From NCBI GenBank assembly GCA_023267435.1, contig JAHFNH010000004.1:1236-65235 (forward strand): DNA of 64,000 nt, read 5' to 3'. The notes beneath the pieces are model-generated. The model was not told the origin of the DNA and made no database searches. It saw nothing but the letters and a program-made list of their open reading frames with translations. Both the position numbers and the translations under genes were made by a program. The DNA comes from Candidatus Nomurabacteria bacterium. GTDB lineage: Bacteria > Patescibacteriota > Minisyncoccia > Phycocordibacterales > UBA9973. Positions 20,247-30,332 of the stretch are shown here, one piece after another. Position 1 is the stretch's first letter. Each line of letters begins with the position of its first letter.

Positions 20247-21164
20247 ATGAAAAACAATAAAGGTTTTACGATGGTTGCGATAGCTCTGATTATGTTAGCT
20301 GTTTTTGTTGTGGGTGGCAGTGTTATTTATTTGATTACAAAAGGTTCAACACCTTCTTCACAAAATACAAACACATCAGTAAATAATTCTCCACAAGTGA
20401 ACCAGAACAGTGTTACAAATACAAATACACCTGTTCAAAATAATCCAGTTTCTAACAATCCAGCACCGACTGTCATAGGTAGTAATGCAGATATAAGTAA
20501 ACCTAAAACAGACTGTTTACCAACAACTACTCCTTCAATAACAGTTCTTTATCCAAATGGTGGAGAGGCATTTACTGTTAATCAAAAGATCATAATCAAG
20601 TGGTCGAGTTGTAATGTAAATAATGTAAATATTGCTTTACTAAGTGGAGGAAAAGATTTTGGAAATTTAACAATGACACCCATTTCTGCATCACCAGGTT
20701 CATTCCAATGGATGGCTTCGAATCCTGCTCAGGCTTTTACTCAATCAGGTACTAATAACTATCAGATTGGTATTACAAGTCAGTCACCTAATGTTCTGGT
20801 AAAAAGTAATACATTTACAATTCAACCTCAAGTTCAAACACAACCAATCACATTAATACAACCATTAGATCAAGTTGTGTGGACTGGCGGAAATCAATAC
20901 GATATAAGCTGGATTGCAGGTACAGGAAATGTAGCATTATCTGCTTGCAGTACAAACTATACAAATACAGGATATTCTCCTCAGCAATGCGTGCCTATCG
21001 TAAGCAACCTATCTTCTAGTGGTAGTTATAATTACAGTCTTCCTTCCAGTACCAGTTCGAATTCCGGTTTTGTAGAAATAAAAGCGACAGATTCAACAAG
21101 CACTTATGATAGTCATATTGTGAAAGTAAATAACTCTTCAATATTACCTTTAATAGGTGAGTAA
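20247..21164 (+). CDS. Pilin-like-leader surface protein with Ser/Thr-rich Ig-like domain, paralog 1
   Basis: MKNNKGF + hydrophobic helix; N/T-rich linker; ITVLYPNGGE...W.SCN. Confidence 0.7.
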   Translation: MKNNKGFTMVAIALIMLAVFVVGGSVIYLITKGSTPSSQNTNTSVNNSPQVNQNSVTNTNTPVQNNPVSNNPAPTVIGSNADISKPKTDCLPTTTPSITVLYPNGGEAFTVNQKIIIKWSSCNVNNVNIALLSGGKDFGNLTMTPISASPGSFQWMASNPAQAFTQSGTNNYQIGITSQSPNVLVKSNTFTIQPQVQTQPITLIQPLDQVVWTGGNQYDISWIAGTGNVALSACSTNYTNTGYSPQQCVPIVSNLSSSGSYNYSLPSSTSSNSGFVEIKATDSTSTYDSHIVKVNNSSILPLIGE

Positions 21165-21176
21165 TAATTAATTTTT

Positions 21177-21782
21177 ATGAAAAAATATTCAAAAGGATTT
21201 AGTAGTATTACGCTCATTGTTTTAATTGTACTGGTAGTAGGTTTTTATTATTTTTCAACAATAAAAACGAATACAAATACGAACCAAGTAAATAAAAATA
21301 TTGTTACAAATAATTCTGTAAATAGTGCAGACAGTAATGCAGAAATAAATAAACCTAAAACAGGTTGTTTATCTTCAACAACTCCCTGGATTAAGATTTT
21401 GTCCCCAAACGGTGGAGAGATATATTCTGTTGGTCAGCAGATTACAGTAACCTGGACGAGTTGTAATATACCTTCGAATTCTCTAATTTCATTTCGTCTT
21501 TATTTTAACAATAGTAGTACTATACTTGAAAATTCACTCACAGGTCCTGGTCCTGGAAATGCTGTAAATAATGGAATAAAAAATATTATTATTCCTAATA
21601 TTACAAATAACCCAACACATGGTTTAAACATTATGTGGTCTGGATGGAGTTTAGGCGGGTCTTATTTTAAAATTAAAGCATTTGTAGTTGCACCTATTTC
21701 TGTTAATGGTACTATTGTTGGCACTCCTACTTCTTCTGGAATAGAGGATTTATCTGATAATACGTTTACAATAAATCCTTAA
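21177..21782 (+). CDS. Pilin-like-leader surface protein, paralog 2
   Basis: MKKYSKGF + TM; IKILSPNGGE...WTSCN...DLSDNTFTI. Confidence 0.7.
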   Translation: MKKYSKGFSSITLIVLIVLVVGFYYFSTIKTNTNTNQVNKNIVTNNSVNSADSNAEINKPKTGCLSSTTPWIKILSPNGGEIYSVGQQITVTWTSCNIPSNSLISFRLYFNNSSTILENSLTGPGPGNAVNNGIKNIIIPNITNNPTHGLNIMWSGWSLGGSYFKIKAFVVAPISVNGTIVGTPTSSGIEDLSDNTFTINP

Positions 21783-21875
21783 TTAATTTATCTAGATTGT
21801 CTTTTTAATAGGTGAGTAAGATTATAAGTGTGTTATTACTAAATAAGTTATTAATAGTTAATAAAAAAATTTTAA

Positions 21876-22946
21876 ATGAAAAACAATAAAGGTTTTATAG
21901 GTATGGGTTTGATATTAGCAATTATTGCTGTATTAATTATCGGTGGCTGTGCGTATTACGTAGGAAAGAATTCGAATACTACTTCTAAAAATACAAATGT
22001 AAATAATTCTCAACAGGAAAATCAAAATACTGTTACAAATACTCCTGTGCAAAATAATTCAACATCTGTTGTTGTGGGTGGTGCACAAATTAATACTAGC
22101 ACTTCTTCATCACAGCCATGTGCGAAAGGTGATACACCTTGGATAAAAGTTATTTCTCCAAATGGTGGGGAAACATTTACTGCTGGTCAACAAATTACTG
22201 TAAAGTGGACGAGTTGTAATGTAACACCACCAGTTAGTCTTATGCTTGTTAAACACGATTCATCTGTAGCATATACACAAAGTGAAGGACAAAGTGATTA
22301 TGCAGGGTTTACTCTTGGTGGTTTTAATTCTAACACTGGAACACCAGATGATGGTATTCAACAAATAACATTACCTAGTAGTTTAAATACTAATTTAACA
22401 TTAGGTCAGCATTATTTTATTATAGTTGCTGGTCAAGACAATCCATCTTTCGGACCAGGATTTAGTCCAAGAGATTTGTCGGACAATTTATTTACAATAA
22501 ATAATTCAATAAAGGATGAACCGAAGATAAAACCATTTGGAGGAGTTTCTGCTCTTGCACCAGTGGTTATTTATAAGCCAAAGAACAATAATTATGCTAA
22601 TTTGGTTTGGGTTAATTTAGATTCTAGTAAAACACAAATAACATCTTTTCCTGGTCCAGGTGATGTAAGAAGTCCAGTCTCTTTACATGGTGGTTATTTT
22701 GTTAAGAGTTTTGGTGGAAAGGATTCAGTTCCTTTAAATTTAATAATTTCAACATATGCCACGTATACTTCCACTTTATCTCTTGCACAGATGTTTAATT
22801 TAATTTTGGATATGAATCCAATACTTGAATTATATGATTGTACAAATAGTTACCACCAAGATTTTATTGCAGAGGATGTTAAGGCTTCTAATTTAAATAC
22901 CTATATTGATAACAATCAACTATCTGTTAAGTGTGTACAATATTAA
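21876..22946 (+). CDS. Pilin-like-leader surface protein, paralog 3
   Basis: MKNNKGF + TM; IKVISPNGGE...WTSCN...DLSDNLFTI, plus an extra C-terminal domain. Confidence 0.7.
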   Translation: MKNNKGFIGMGLILAIIAVLIIGGCAYYVGKNSNTTSKNTNVNNSQQENQNTVTNTPVQNNSTSVVVGGAQINTSTSSSQPCAKGDTPWIKVISPNGGETFTAGQQITVKWTSCNVTPPVSLMLVKHDSSVAYTQSEGQSDYAGFTLGGFNSNTGTPDDGIQQITLPSSLNTNLTLGQHYFIIVAGQDNPSFGPGFSPRDLSDNLFTINNSIKDEPKIKPFGGVSALAPVVIYKPKNNNYANLVWVNLDSSKTQITSFPGPGDVRSPVSLHGGYFVKSFGGKDSVPLNLIISTYATYTSTLSLAQMFNLILDMNPILELYDCTNSYHQDFIAEDVKASNLNTYIDNNQLSVKCVQY

Positions 22947-22997
22947 CTAATCAAATTAAAAAACCACCCGTATGGGTGGTTTTTTAATTTGATTAGT
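22947..22997. terminator. Bidirectional terminator
   Basis: ACTAATCAAATTAAAAAACCACCC/GGGTGGTTTTTTTAATTTGATTAGT between convergent genes. Confidence 0.85.
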
Positions 22998-23004
22998 ATT
23001 TAGA

Positions 23005-24093
23005 TTATTCTAAATACATCAATGTCATTTTGTGATCTTTTGGTTCGAACAATGTGATCTGGAAGTTGTAGGTCTTACCAAGTTCCAATTTTTCACGAAG
23101 TTTTGCTTCAGATCCAAAGGTTGAGTTGTGGACAAGTCCAGCTACTCCTTCTTTGATTGAAACTAATGCACCGTGCTTGTTGTATTTAATAACTACGCCT
23201 TTGATGATATCGCCCTTCTTTAATTTGTCTTCGTACTCTTTCCATGGGTTTTCTTTTAGAGCTTTGATAGAAAGGGAAATCTTACCATCTTTTATTTCAA
23301 TAACCTTAGCACGAACAGGATCGCCAACTTTGAATAGGGTACGAGGATCTTCTACGAGACCCCAATCAAGTTCAGAGATGTGTACGAGACCTTCTAGACC
23401 ATCTTCAAGTTTCAAGAATACTCCGAAGTCGACAAGACCTGCGACTGTACAATCTAGATCATCACCAACATTGTATTTACTTAGGATTTCTTTTTTTTCT
23501 TCAGGATTGTTGTCTTTTTCAGAGAAGATTAGTTTACCTTCTTTTGGAAGAGTAGAAATAATCATAACTGAAATTTTCTGGCCAATGAGTTTCTTTAATT
23601 CTTTTAATATTTTATCTTTATCAGAATCTAGAACGCGAGGGTAGTGATCTGCTTTAAGCTGGGAAGCTGGTAGGAATCCTTGGATACCTTGCCATTCCAA
23701 AATAAGTCCGCCTTTGTTTGCATCCTTGATTTCCAAATCCATGACAGTCTTAGCCTTGATTGCTTTCTCGGCTTCGCTCCATGTGAGGGCTTGTTTAGCT
23801 TCCTTTAGAGAAAGTTCTACATAACCGTCTTCGTTTTCTATGTCAACAACTTTTGCTTTGATAATATCACCAAGATTTATTTTCTTGATTATATCTTTTG
23901 CGTTGATAAATTCTCGTCCGTAAATAATACCTGTTCTGAAAGGTGACAAATCAACAAAGACTGATGATTTTTGGATAAGAATGACAGGACCTTCCACAAG
24001 AGAATCGACTTCCAATTTACTGGAACTTCGATCGACGATAGATTTTAAAACTGGGTTTTCTATTACTTCTACGATTGCTTCTTCTTTTTTCAT
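23005..24093 (-). CDS. rpsA: 30S ribosomal protein S1 (four S1 domains)
   Basis: ANKGGL..GIQGFLPASQL, DFGVFLKL.DGLEGLVHISELDW, ISLSIKAL. Confidence 0.92.
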   Translation of the reverse strand: MKKEEAIVEVIENPVLKSIVDRSSSKLEVDSLVEGPVILIQKSSVFVDLSPFRTGIIYGREFINAKDIIKKINLGDIIKAKVVDIENEDGYVELSLKEAKQALTWSEAEKAIKAKTVMDLEIKDANKGGLILEWQGIQGFLPASQLKADHYPRVLDSDKDKILKELKKLIGQKISVMIISTLPKEGKLIFSEKDNNPEEKKEILSKYNVGDDLDCTVAGLVDFGVFLKLEDGLEGLVHISELDWGLVEDPRTLFKVGDPVRAKVIEIKDGKISLSIKALKENPWKEYEDKLKKGDIIKGVVIKYNKHGALVSIKEGVAGLVHNSTFGSEAKLREKLELGKTYNFQITLFEPKDHKMTLMYLE

Positions 24094-24394
24094 ATTATTT
24101 GCAACTTAATAAAAAAATCCGCCAATAAAGCGGATATTAGGCTTAGGTTCTCTAAGATCGAAATCTTTGGAGGGTTACCCTAAATCCATGCTTTTAATAA
24201 ATATTTAAGTTGTACCAACATACTACTACAAAACCATAAAAATGCAACCTTTACCTTGTCTATTTTGCATCCCACCCGCCTCACCCCTGACCCCTCTCCA
24301 AAATAAGATTTTAGAGAGGGGAGAAATACAACCTCTTGACGTGCAGAGAGAGAGAGTATTATGAGGGTATTATTATTTTAAATAAAAAATATAT

Positions 24395-24610
24395 ATGGAA
24401 AATGCACCTGTTTCTTTAGAACAAAAAAGAAAAGATATTATCAATAATGCCAAGGGTCTGTTCGCGACTGCTCTCGATGAACTTGGGTCTACGTATGGGA
24501 CACCGATGAAAGGTATGGAAGATGACCAAAAGAATATGATAGAAATGCGTTTGAAAAATTTGGAATCTCTCATAAAAATGATAAACGAAAAACTAAAAGA
24601 GGTTTCTTGA
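24395..24610 (+). CDS. Hypothetical 71-aa helical protein
   Basis: ORF with a TTGACG..TATTAT promoter-like sequence upstream. Confidence 0.55.
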   Translation: MENAPVSLEQKRKDIINNAKGLFATALDELGSTYGTPMKGMEDDQKNMIEMRLKNLESLIKMINEKLKEVS

Positions 24611-24625
24611 TCTAATTAAAATTTT

Positions 24626-24961
24626 TTAAGAGGTATATTTTTTAATTTTCTCCAATGATTTATCTAAGTCTTTTTCTATTTCTGAATTCCAAAATCGGAT
24701 GACTTGGATATTCTTTGATTTTAAATATTCCGTGCGTGCTTTATCGTACTCTTTATTTTCTTTATGAATAGAGCCGTCTAATTCAATGGCGAGTTTTATT
24801 TTTGGTGCATAAAAATCAAGAATGAATTTCTCTATTGGGTGTTGCCTGCGAAATTTTACTCTGAGTTTATTGTTTCGTAGTTCTTTCCAAAGAATTTTTT
24901 CTGCTTCTGTTTCTTCTTTTCTGAGATAACGAGCTTTTGTTATTGATTGTAATTTTGGCAT
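24626..24961 (-). CDS. DUF559 / Vsr-like endonuclease domain protein
   Basis: ARYLRKEETEAEKILWKELR...KFRRQHPI..FILDFY....LAIELDGSIH.....YD..RT..L....IQVIRFWN. Confidence 0.9.
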   Translation of the reverse strand: MPKLQSITKARYLRKEETEAEKILWKELRNNKLRVKFRRQHPIEKFILDFYAPKIKLAIELDGSIHKENKEYDKARTEYLKSKNIQVIRFWNSEIEKDLDKSLEKIKKYTS

Positions 24962-25085
24962 AAGATAATTATACCTCACCCTGTCTGCTTCGCATCCACC
25001 CTCCCCATTTTTTTAAAAAAATGGGGAGGGGAAAGGGGTGGGGTGCATTTGTTTTCCTGTCTGGTTTTGTTATAATATATCAACG

Positions 25086-25712
25086 ATGATAATCACATAT
25101 TTCGGCAAGCAATTTTTTAAGATAACCCAGGGCGAGATGGTTTTAGCCTTTAATCCTGTTAGCAAGAATTCCAAGTCTGGCATTTCAGCTCACTTCGGTG
25201 CAGATATAGCATTAATTACGACTAATCATCCCGACTACAACGGCATAGACCAACTTTCTCACGGAGAGAGGGAACCTTTTGCTATTAAAGGTCCAGGAGA
25301 TTATGAAGTAAAAGAAATTTTTGTTAAAGGTGTTATGTCTGAGACAACATTGTCTGGTAAAAATTATATCAACACTATTTATGCGCTTTCAGTTGATAAT
25401 ATAAATATCGCTTTTTTAGGAGCGTTATCAAATGCAGAAATTTCAAAAGAAGCGCGTGAAGCAGTCGGCGAGCCGGATATTCTTTTTGTGCCAGTCGGTG
25501 GAAATGGTTTGCTTGATACAAAACAATCCGCAAAACTCGCTTTGTCTTTCGAACCAAAAATGATTATACCGATGGATTATGATAGTGCATCGCTTAAAGC
25601 TTTCTTAAAAGAAATTGGAGAAGAAAAAGCTGAAGCAGTAGACAAGCTCACACTTAAGAGAAAAGATTTAGAAGGCAAGGAAGGGGATGTTGTAGTTTTA
25701 AAATATGATTAA
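25086..25712 (+). CDS. MBL-fold metallo-hydrolase-like protein
   Basis: MIITYFG..FKI, ADIALIT.NHPDYN, GPGDYEVK, PDILFVPVGG, EPKMIIPM. Confidence 0.8.
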   Translation: MIITYFGKQFFKITQGEMVLAFNPVSKNSKSGISAHFGADIALITTNHPDYNGIDQLSHGEREPFAIKGPGDYEVKEIFVKGVMSETTLSGKNYINTIYALSVDNINIAFLGALSNAEISKEAREAVGEPDILFVPVGGNGLLDTKQSAKLALSFEPKMIIPMDYDSASLKAFLKEIGEEKAEAVDKLTLKRKDLEGKEGDVVVLKYD

Positions 25713-25977
25713 TTATACTAAAACAAAAGTTAAAAAAGCAGTCCATCATTTGAGACGTCAGCCAGAAGAAACTAGAAGGCACATTTCTCATGTCATTACA
25801 GCCATAGCAGCTGTTATCATGATAATTTTGTGGACCTATTCTTTAGGCAGGAGTTTGAGTAATCCTGAAAAAAAGGTTCAAATAAAAAATGATTTGCAGC
25901 CGTTTTCAGTTTTGAAAGATAATTTAGTTGGTGGGTATAATAGTATTTCAGTACCAAGTGGTAATGTGGTAAGATAA
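25705..25977 (+). CDS. Small single-TM hypothetical protein
   Basis: ORF overlaps the upstream stop and ends just before gyrA; one TM helix. Confidence 0.6.
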   Translation: MINYTKTKVKKAVHHLRRQPEETRRHISHVITAIAAVIMIILWTYSLGRSLSNPEKKVQIKNDLQPFSVLKDNLVGGYNSISVPSGNVVR

Positions 25978-25982
25978 TTTTT

Positions 25983-28445
25983 ATGGCAAAGAAACCTGTA
26001 GCACCAGTTGAAGAAACACCTCGCACAGACGGAATCCTTCCAGTCAATATTGTGACAGAAATGAAAGAATCGTATTTGGCATATGCCATGTCGGTTATCA
26101 CTGCGCGTGCCTTGCCAGATGTCAGAGACGGATTGAAGCCAGTGCATAGAAGAATTCTTTTCGCTATGAATGAAATGGGCTTGACTTCTTCTTCACGTTT
26201 CAGAAAATCTGCAGCAGTAGTGGGAGATGTGTTGGGAAAATATCATCCTCATGGAGACGTCGCTGTGTATGATTCGATGGTGAATATGGCGCAAGAATTT
26301 TCTTATCGTTATCCTTTGATTTTAGGACAAGGAAATTTCGGTTCGATAGATGGCGATAACGCCGCGGCGATGCGTTATACCGAAGCCAAGATGTCAAAGA
26401 TTTCCTCTGAACTTCTACGAGATTTAGAAAAAGAAACCGTTGATTTTAGACCAAACTACGACCAGACTCGCAAAGAACCCATTGTGCTTCCTTCAGCTGT
26501 TCCAGCGCTTCTTTTGAACGGTACATTGGGTATTGCTGTCGGTATGGCGACAAATATCCCTTCACATAATTTAGCGGAGGTAATAGACGCCACAACTCAT
26601 TTAATCGATAACGAAGATGCAACCACCGAAGATTTAATGCAATTTGTGAAAGGTCCCGATTTCCCAACAGGCGGAATAGCTTATGGATACAAGGATATGC
26701 TTCATGCGTACTCGACAGGGCGCGGAGGGGTTGTTTGTCGTGGAGAAGCAGAAATCATAGAGCAAAAAGGCGGATTATTCCAAATAATAATTACGTCAAT
26801 TCCTTTCCGTGTTAATAAAGCCAATTTAATAATGGCTATTGCTGAATTGGTTCAAGAAAAGAAACTGGAAGGCATAAAGGGTTTGCGAGATGAATCTACG
26901 AGAGATATTAGAGTTGTGATTGATTTGAAGTCTGGCGCGCACCCTGAAAAAGTTTTAAATTATATTTATAAAAATACCCAGCTTGAATCAAATTTCAATT
27001 TTAATATCGTGGCCTTGGTAGATGGCGTGCCTCAGACACTCTCACTCAAATCAATTCTTTCTGAATTTATTTCACACAGAAAGGAGGTTGTAAAAAGGAG
27101 ATTACAATACGATTTACGCAGAGCAGAAGAGCGTGAGCATATTTTGCTTGGCTTGAAAAAGGCGCTCGATAAGATAGATAAAGTTATCAGTATTATTCGT
27201 GCATCCAAAGATGCAGGGCTTGCAAAACTTAATTTAATAAAAGAATTTAAATTCTCTGATTTACAAGCGACTGCAATTCTTGAAATGAAGTTGCAGAAAT
27301 TGGCAGGCCTTGAGAGGAAAGCAGTTGAGAATGAATTGGCAGAAAAGCAGAAATTCATAAAAGAAGTAAAAGAACTTTTAGCAAATGCAAAGAAGATGTT
27401 GAAAGTTATTTCAGATGAATTAAAAGAAATTCGCGATAAATATGCCGATGAAAGAAGAACCAAGATAGTGAAAGGCGGAATAAAAGAAATTTCCGACGAA
27501 GATTTAATTCCAGAAAAAGAAACAATGCTGGTGTTTACTGCGGGCGGTTATGTAAAACGCACAGATCCTTCTGAATACCGCTCACAAAAAAGAGGCGGTG
27601 TTGGAGTTGTTGATCTTGAAACAAAAGAAGAAGATTTTGTGACGATGTTGGTCAGTGGTTCTACTCATAGTGATTTATTATTTTTTACCAATTTAGGTAA
27701 AGCTTATCAGATAAAAATGTATGACATTCCAGAAGGTCGCCGTGCGACAAAAGGCAAGTCGATTATGAATTTCCTTTCACTTTCAGGCGATGAAAAAGTG
27801 ACTTCTATTTTGCCAATGCCAAAGGAACTTAAAAAATCCCCAATCTCATTGATGTTGGTTACAAAAAATGGAACAGCTAAAAAAATGTCTGGAGAGAGTT
27901 TTAAAGATGTACGCCGAAGCGGAATTATTTCTATTCGCTTGGATAAGGGCGATGAGCTTTCAACTGCTCTTTCTGTAGATAAAGGTGATGAAGTTATGAT
28001 TGCGACTGAAAATGGACAATCTATCAGATTTAAAGAATCAGATATTCGTGAAATGGGACGCACAGCCGGAGGTGTCAGAGGAATAAATCTTGGAAAAGGT
28101 GATACTGTTATCGGTGTGGATGTTGTTAAAAAAGAAAACAAAGCTGGAGCATTTTTGACAATGAGTGCAAACGGCTTGGGTAAGAAAACAAAACTTTCTG
28201 AATACAAAGTCCAGAAGCGCGGAGGTTCTGGTATTAAGACAGCGAAAGTTACTCCTAAAACAGGAAAGTTAATCGTTTCCAAAGTTCTAACAGGCGAGGA
28301 GGAAGAAATCATCGCTATGTCCAAAAAAGGACAAGTCATCAGAACAGCTCTAAAAGATATTCCATCTCTCGGCCGTCAGACACAAGGTGTTACCATAATG
28401 CGTCTACGCGGTGGCGATGGTATTGCATCTATCGCTTGTGTTTAA
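25983..28445 (+). CDS. gyrA: DNA gyrase subunit A
   Basis: [33 protein letters not shown], GyrA-box QKRGGVG, beta-pinwheel repeats. Confidence 0.98.
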   Translation: MAKKPVAPVEETPRTDGILPVNIVTEMKESYLAYAMSVITARALPDVRDGLKPVHRRILFAMNEMGLTSSSRFRKSAAVVGDVLGKYHPHGDVAVYDSMVNMAQEFSYRYPLILGQGNFGSIDGDNAAAMRYTEAKMSKISSELLRDLEKETVDFRPNYDQTRKEPIVLPSAVPALLLNGTLGIAVGMATNIPSHNLAEVIDATTHLIDNEDATTEDLMQFVKGPDFPTGGIAYGYKDMLHAYSTGRGGVVCRGEAEIIEQKGGLFQIIITSIPFRVNKANLIMAIAELVQEKKLEGIKGLRDESTRDIRVVIDLKSGAHPEKVLNYIYKNTQLESNFNFNIVALVDGVPQTLSLKSILSEFISHRKEVVKRRLQYDLRRAEEREHILLGLKKALDKIDKVISIIRASKDAGLAKLNLIKEFKFSDLQATAILEMKLQKLAGLERKAVENELAEKQKFIKEVKELLANAKKMLKVISDELKEIRDKYADERRTKIVKGGIKEISDEDLIPEKETMLVFTAGGYVKRTDPSEYRSQKRGGVGVVDLETKEEDFVTMLVSGSTHSDLLFFTNLGKAYQIKMYDIPEGRRATKGKSIMNFLSLSGDEKVTSILPMPKELKKSPISLMLVTKNGTAKKMSGESFKDVRRSGIISIRLDKGDELSTALSVDKGDEVMIATENGQSIRFKESDIREMGRTAGGVRGINLGKGDTVIGVDVVKKENKAGAFLTMSANGLGKKTKLSEYKVQKRGGSGIKTAKVTPKTGKLIVSKVLTGEEEEIIAMSKKGQVIRTALKDIPSLGRQTQGVTIMRLRGGDGIASIACV

Positions 28446-28473
28446 AAAGCTTTTTTAGTGTTATTATATAAAT

Positions 28474-29007
28474 ATGTTTGCCGATCCGGAAAAAATTTTA
28501 AAGCAAATTGGTATTCAGGATAATATGATTGTCGCGGACTTGGGCGCTGGTTCAGGCTTTTATTCTATTTTGGCTGCGCAAATGGCGTCAAACGGAAAAG
28601 TCTACGCTGTTGAAATACAGAAAGATTTTTTGACGACAATTAAAAATAAAGCAAACGATGCGCATTTGAATAATTTGGAAACTATTTGGGGAGATGTTGA
28701 GCAAGTTGGAGGTACAAAATTAAAAGATGAAATTATAGATAGAGTAATCGCTTCAAATGTTTTATTTCAAATCGTAAATAAACAGAAATTTATAGATGAA
28801 GCTTTTAGAATTTTAAAACCGGAAGGGAAGATACTTCTGATTGATTGGACAGATGCAATGGAAGTTTTGAGACCAAAAAAAGAGGTTATTATAAACAAAG
28901 AACAAGCCCGTGAAATGTTTGAGAAAAAAGGTTTTGTTTATGAGCGGGATATTGATGCTGGAATGCACCATTATGGTATGATATTAAAGAAGGTTGTAAA
29001 TGCGTAG
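28474..29007 (+). CDS. Class I SAM-dependent methyltransferase
   Basis: VADLGAGSG, VYAVEI, EAFRILKPEGKILLIDW. Confidence 0.85.
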   Translation: MFADPEKILKQIGIQDNMIVADLGAGSGFYSILAAQMASNGKVYAVEIQKDFLTTIKNKANDAHLNNLETIWGDVEQVGGTKLKDEIIDRVIASNVLFQIVNKQKFIDEAFRILKPEGKILLIDWTDAMEVLRPKKEVIINKEQAREMFEKKGFVYERDIDAGMHHYGMILKKVVNA

Positions 29008-29014
29008 ATAATAT

Positions 29015-30301
29015 ATGAAAGGAAATTTTCAAATAATACTTTTAATAGTTTTTGTTGCCGCAGCTGTTTTAGGACTTTTGGTGTTTTCAGGAGCGATACC
29101 ACTTGGTAAAAATAGCAACACAGCCGGTGGGCAGGGCACTGTCGTTTTATGGGGCACTGTTGGTCAGCAATTTATATCCAAACCCCTCGATATTCTAAAT
29201 CGTGCCAATCCAAGCTTTGTTGTGAAATATGTTCAAAAAGATCCAGCGACATTTGATCAGGATTTACTCGAAGCTTTGGCTTCAGGCAACGGTCCTGATT
29301 TATTTTTCTTGCCTGATAATTTAGCATTTCATTATAGTAATAGAATATCTGTCATACCATACGCCAGTTTTTCTTTGGCATCTTTTAAGAATTATTTTGC
29401 CGGAGCGGGCGAGGTTTTTTTAACCTCAAAAGGCATTCTTGCTTTTCCTATGTTTATTGATCCGATGGTTATGTATTACAACCGAAGCATTTTAGATTCA
29501 AACAACATAGTCAATCCTCCTGCATCTTGGGATGAATTACAAAATATGGCTCAAACTTTAACTCAAAAAGATCAGGGTAAAAAAATCATCCAGAGCGCGG
29601 TTGCTATGGGACAATTTTCAAATATAACTCATGCTAAAGACATTATCTCCACTCTTTTCATGCAAGCTGGTAATCCTATAACAACTGAAAAAAACGGTTT
29701 GTTTTCTTCGGCTTTGAAAGATACAGCTGATTTAGGTCCCGTTCTTAAGTTCTACACAGATTTTTCCGATCCATTGAATCCTGTTTATTCTTGGAATAAA
29801 TCTTTACCTCCATCCATAAATGTTTTTAGTTCTGGAGATCTGGCTTTTTATTTCGGCTATGCGAGCGAGTTACCATCTTTGATAAATCGCAATCCAAATG
29901 AAAACTTCTTGGCTGCACCTATGCCTCAATTAAAAAATTCAAATACAAAAATCACATCTGCCAGAGTCACCGGTATCGCTATTTCATCTTTTTCAAAAAA
30001 TCCGACAGCTGCTTTCACTGTGATGGGTCTTATCGCGACAGGAGATTTTGCTAAAGATCTCGCTAATGCACTTTCTACCGTACCAGCGAGACGCGATCTT
30101 TTAGCAACGAAACCAACCGATGCTTATTTCCCGATTTTTTATTCCTCCGCTCTTTTTGCTAAAAGTTGGATCGATCCATCTCCGTCAGATACTGATGATA
30201 TTTTTAGAGGAATGGTTGATAAAGTTCTTTCCAACGATATGTCACCTAGCAATGTAGTCAGCGACGCATCTGCTAAATTAGGACTTTTATTAGCTAGATA
30301 A
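29015..30301 (+). CDS. Extracellular solute-binding protein (sugar ABC SBP family), membrane anchored
   Basis: ALASGNGPDLF, MYYNRSIL...PPASWDEL, F..GDLAFYFG. Confidence 0.8.
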   Translation: MKGNFQIILLIVFVAAAVLGLLVFSGAIPLGKNSNTAGGQGTVVLWGTVGQQFISKPLDILNRANPSFVVKYVQKDPATFDQDLLEALASGNGPDLFFLPDNLAFHYSNRISVIPYASFSLASFKNYFAGAGEVFLTSKGILAFPMFIDPMVMYYNRSILDSNNIVNPPASWDELQNMAQTLTQKDQGKKIIQSAVAMGQFSNITHAKDIISTLFMQAGNPITTEKNGLFSSALKDTADLGPVLKFYTDFSDPLNPVYSWNKSLPPSINVFSSGDLAFYFGYASELPSLINRNPNENFLAAPMPQLKNSNTKITSARVTGIAISSFSKNPTAAFTVMGLIATGDFAKDLANALSTVPARRDLLATKPTDAYFPIFYSSALFAKSWIDPSPSDTDDIFRGMVDKVLSNDMSPSNVVSDASAKLGLLLAR

Positions 30302-30332
30302 AATTGTGCCAAACATGATTTTGGTAAATCAA

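Larger units (their letters stand above)
24266..25047. mobile_element. Putative DUF559-endonuclease element bounded by CCCTCyCC/GGrGAGGG hairpins
   Basis: Left hairpin at 24279-24324, right hairpin at 24974-25047; ends TGCATCCCACCC / GGGTGGGGTGCA form an imperfect terminal inverted repeat. Confidence 0.5.
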
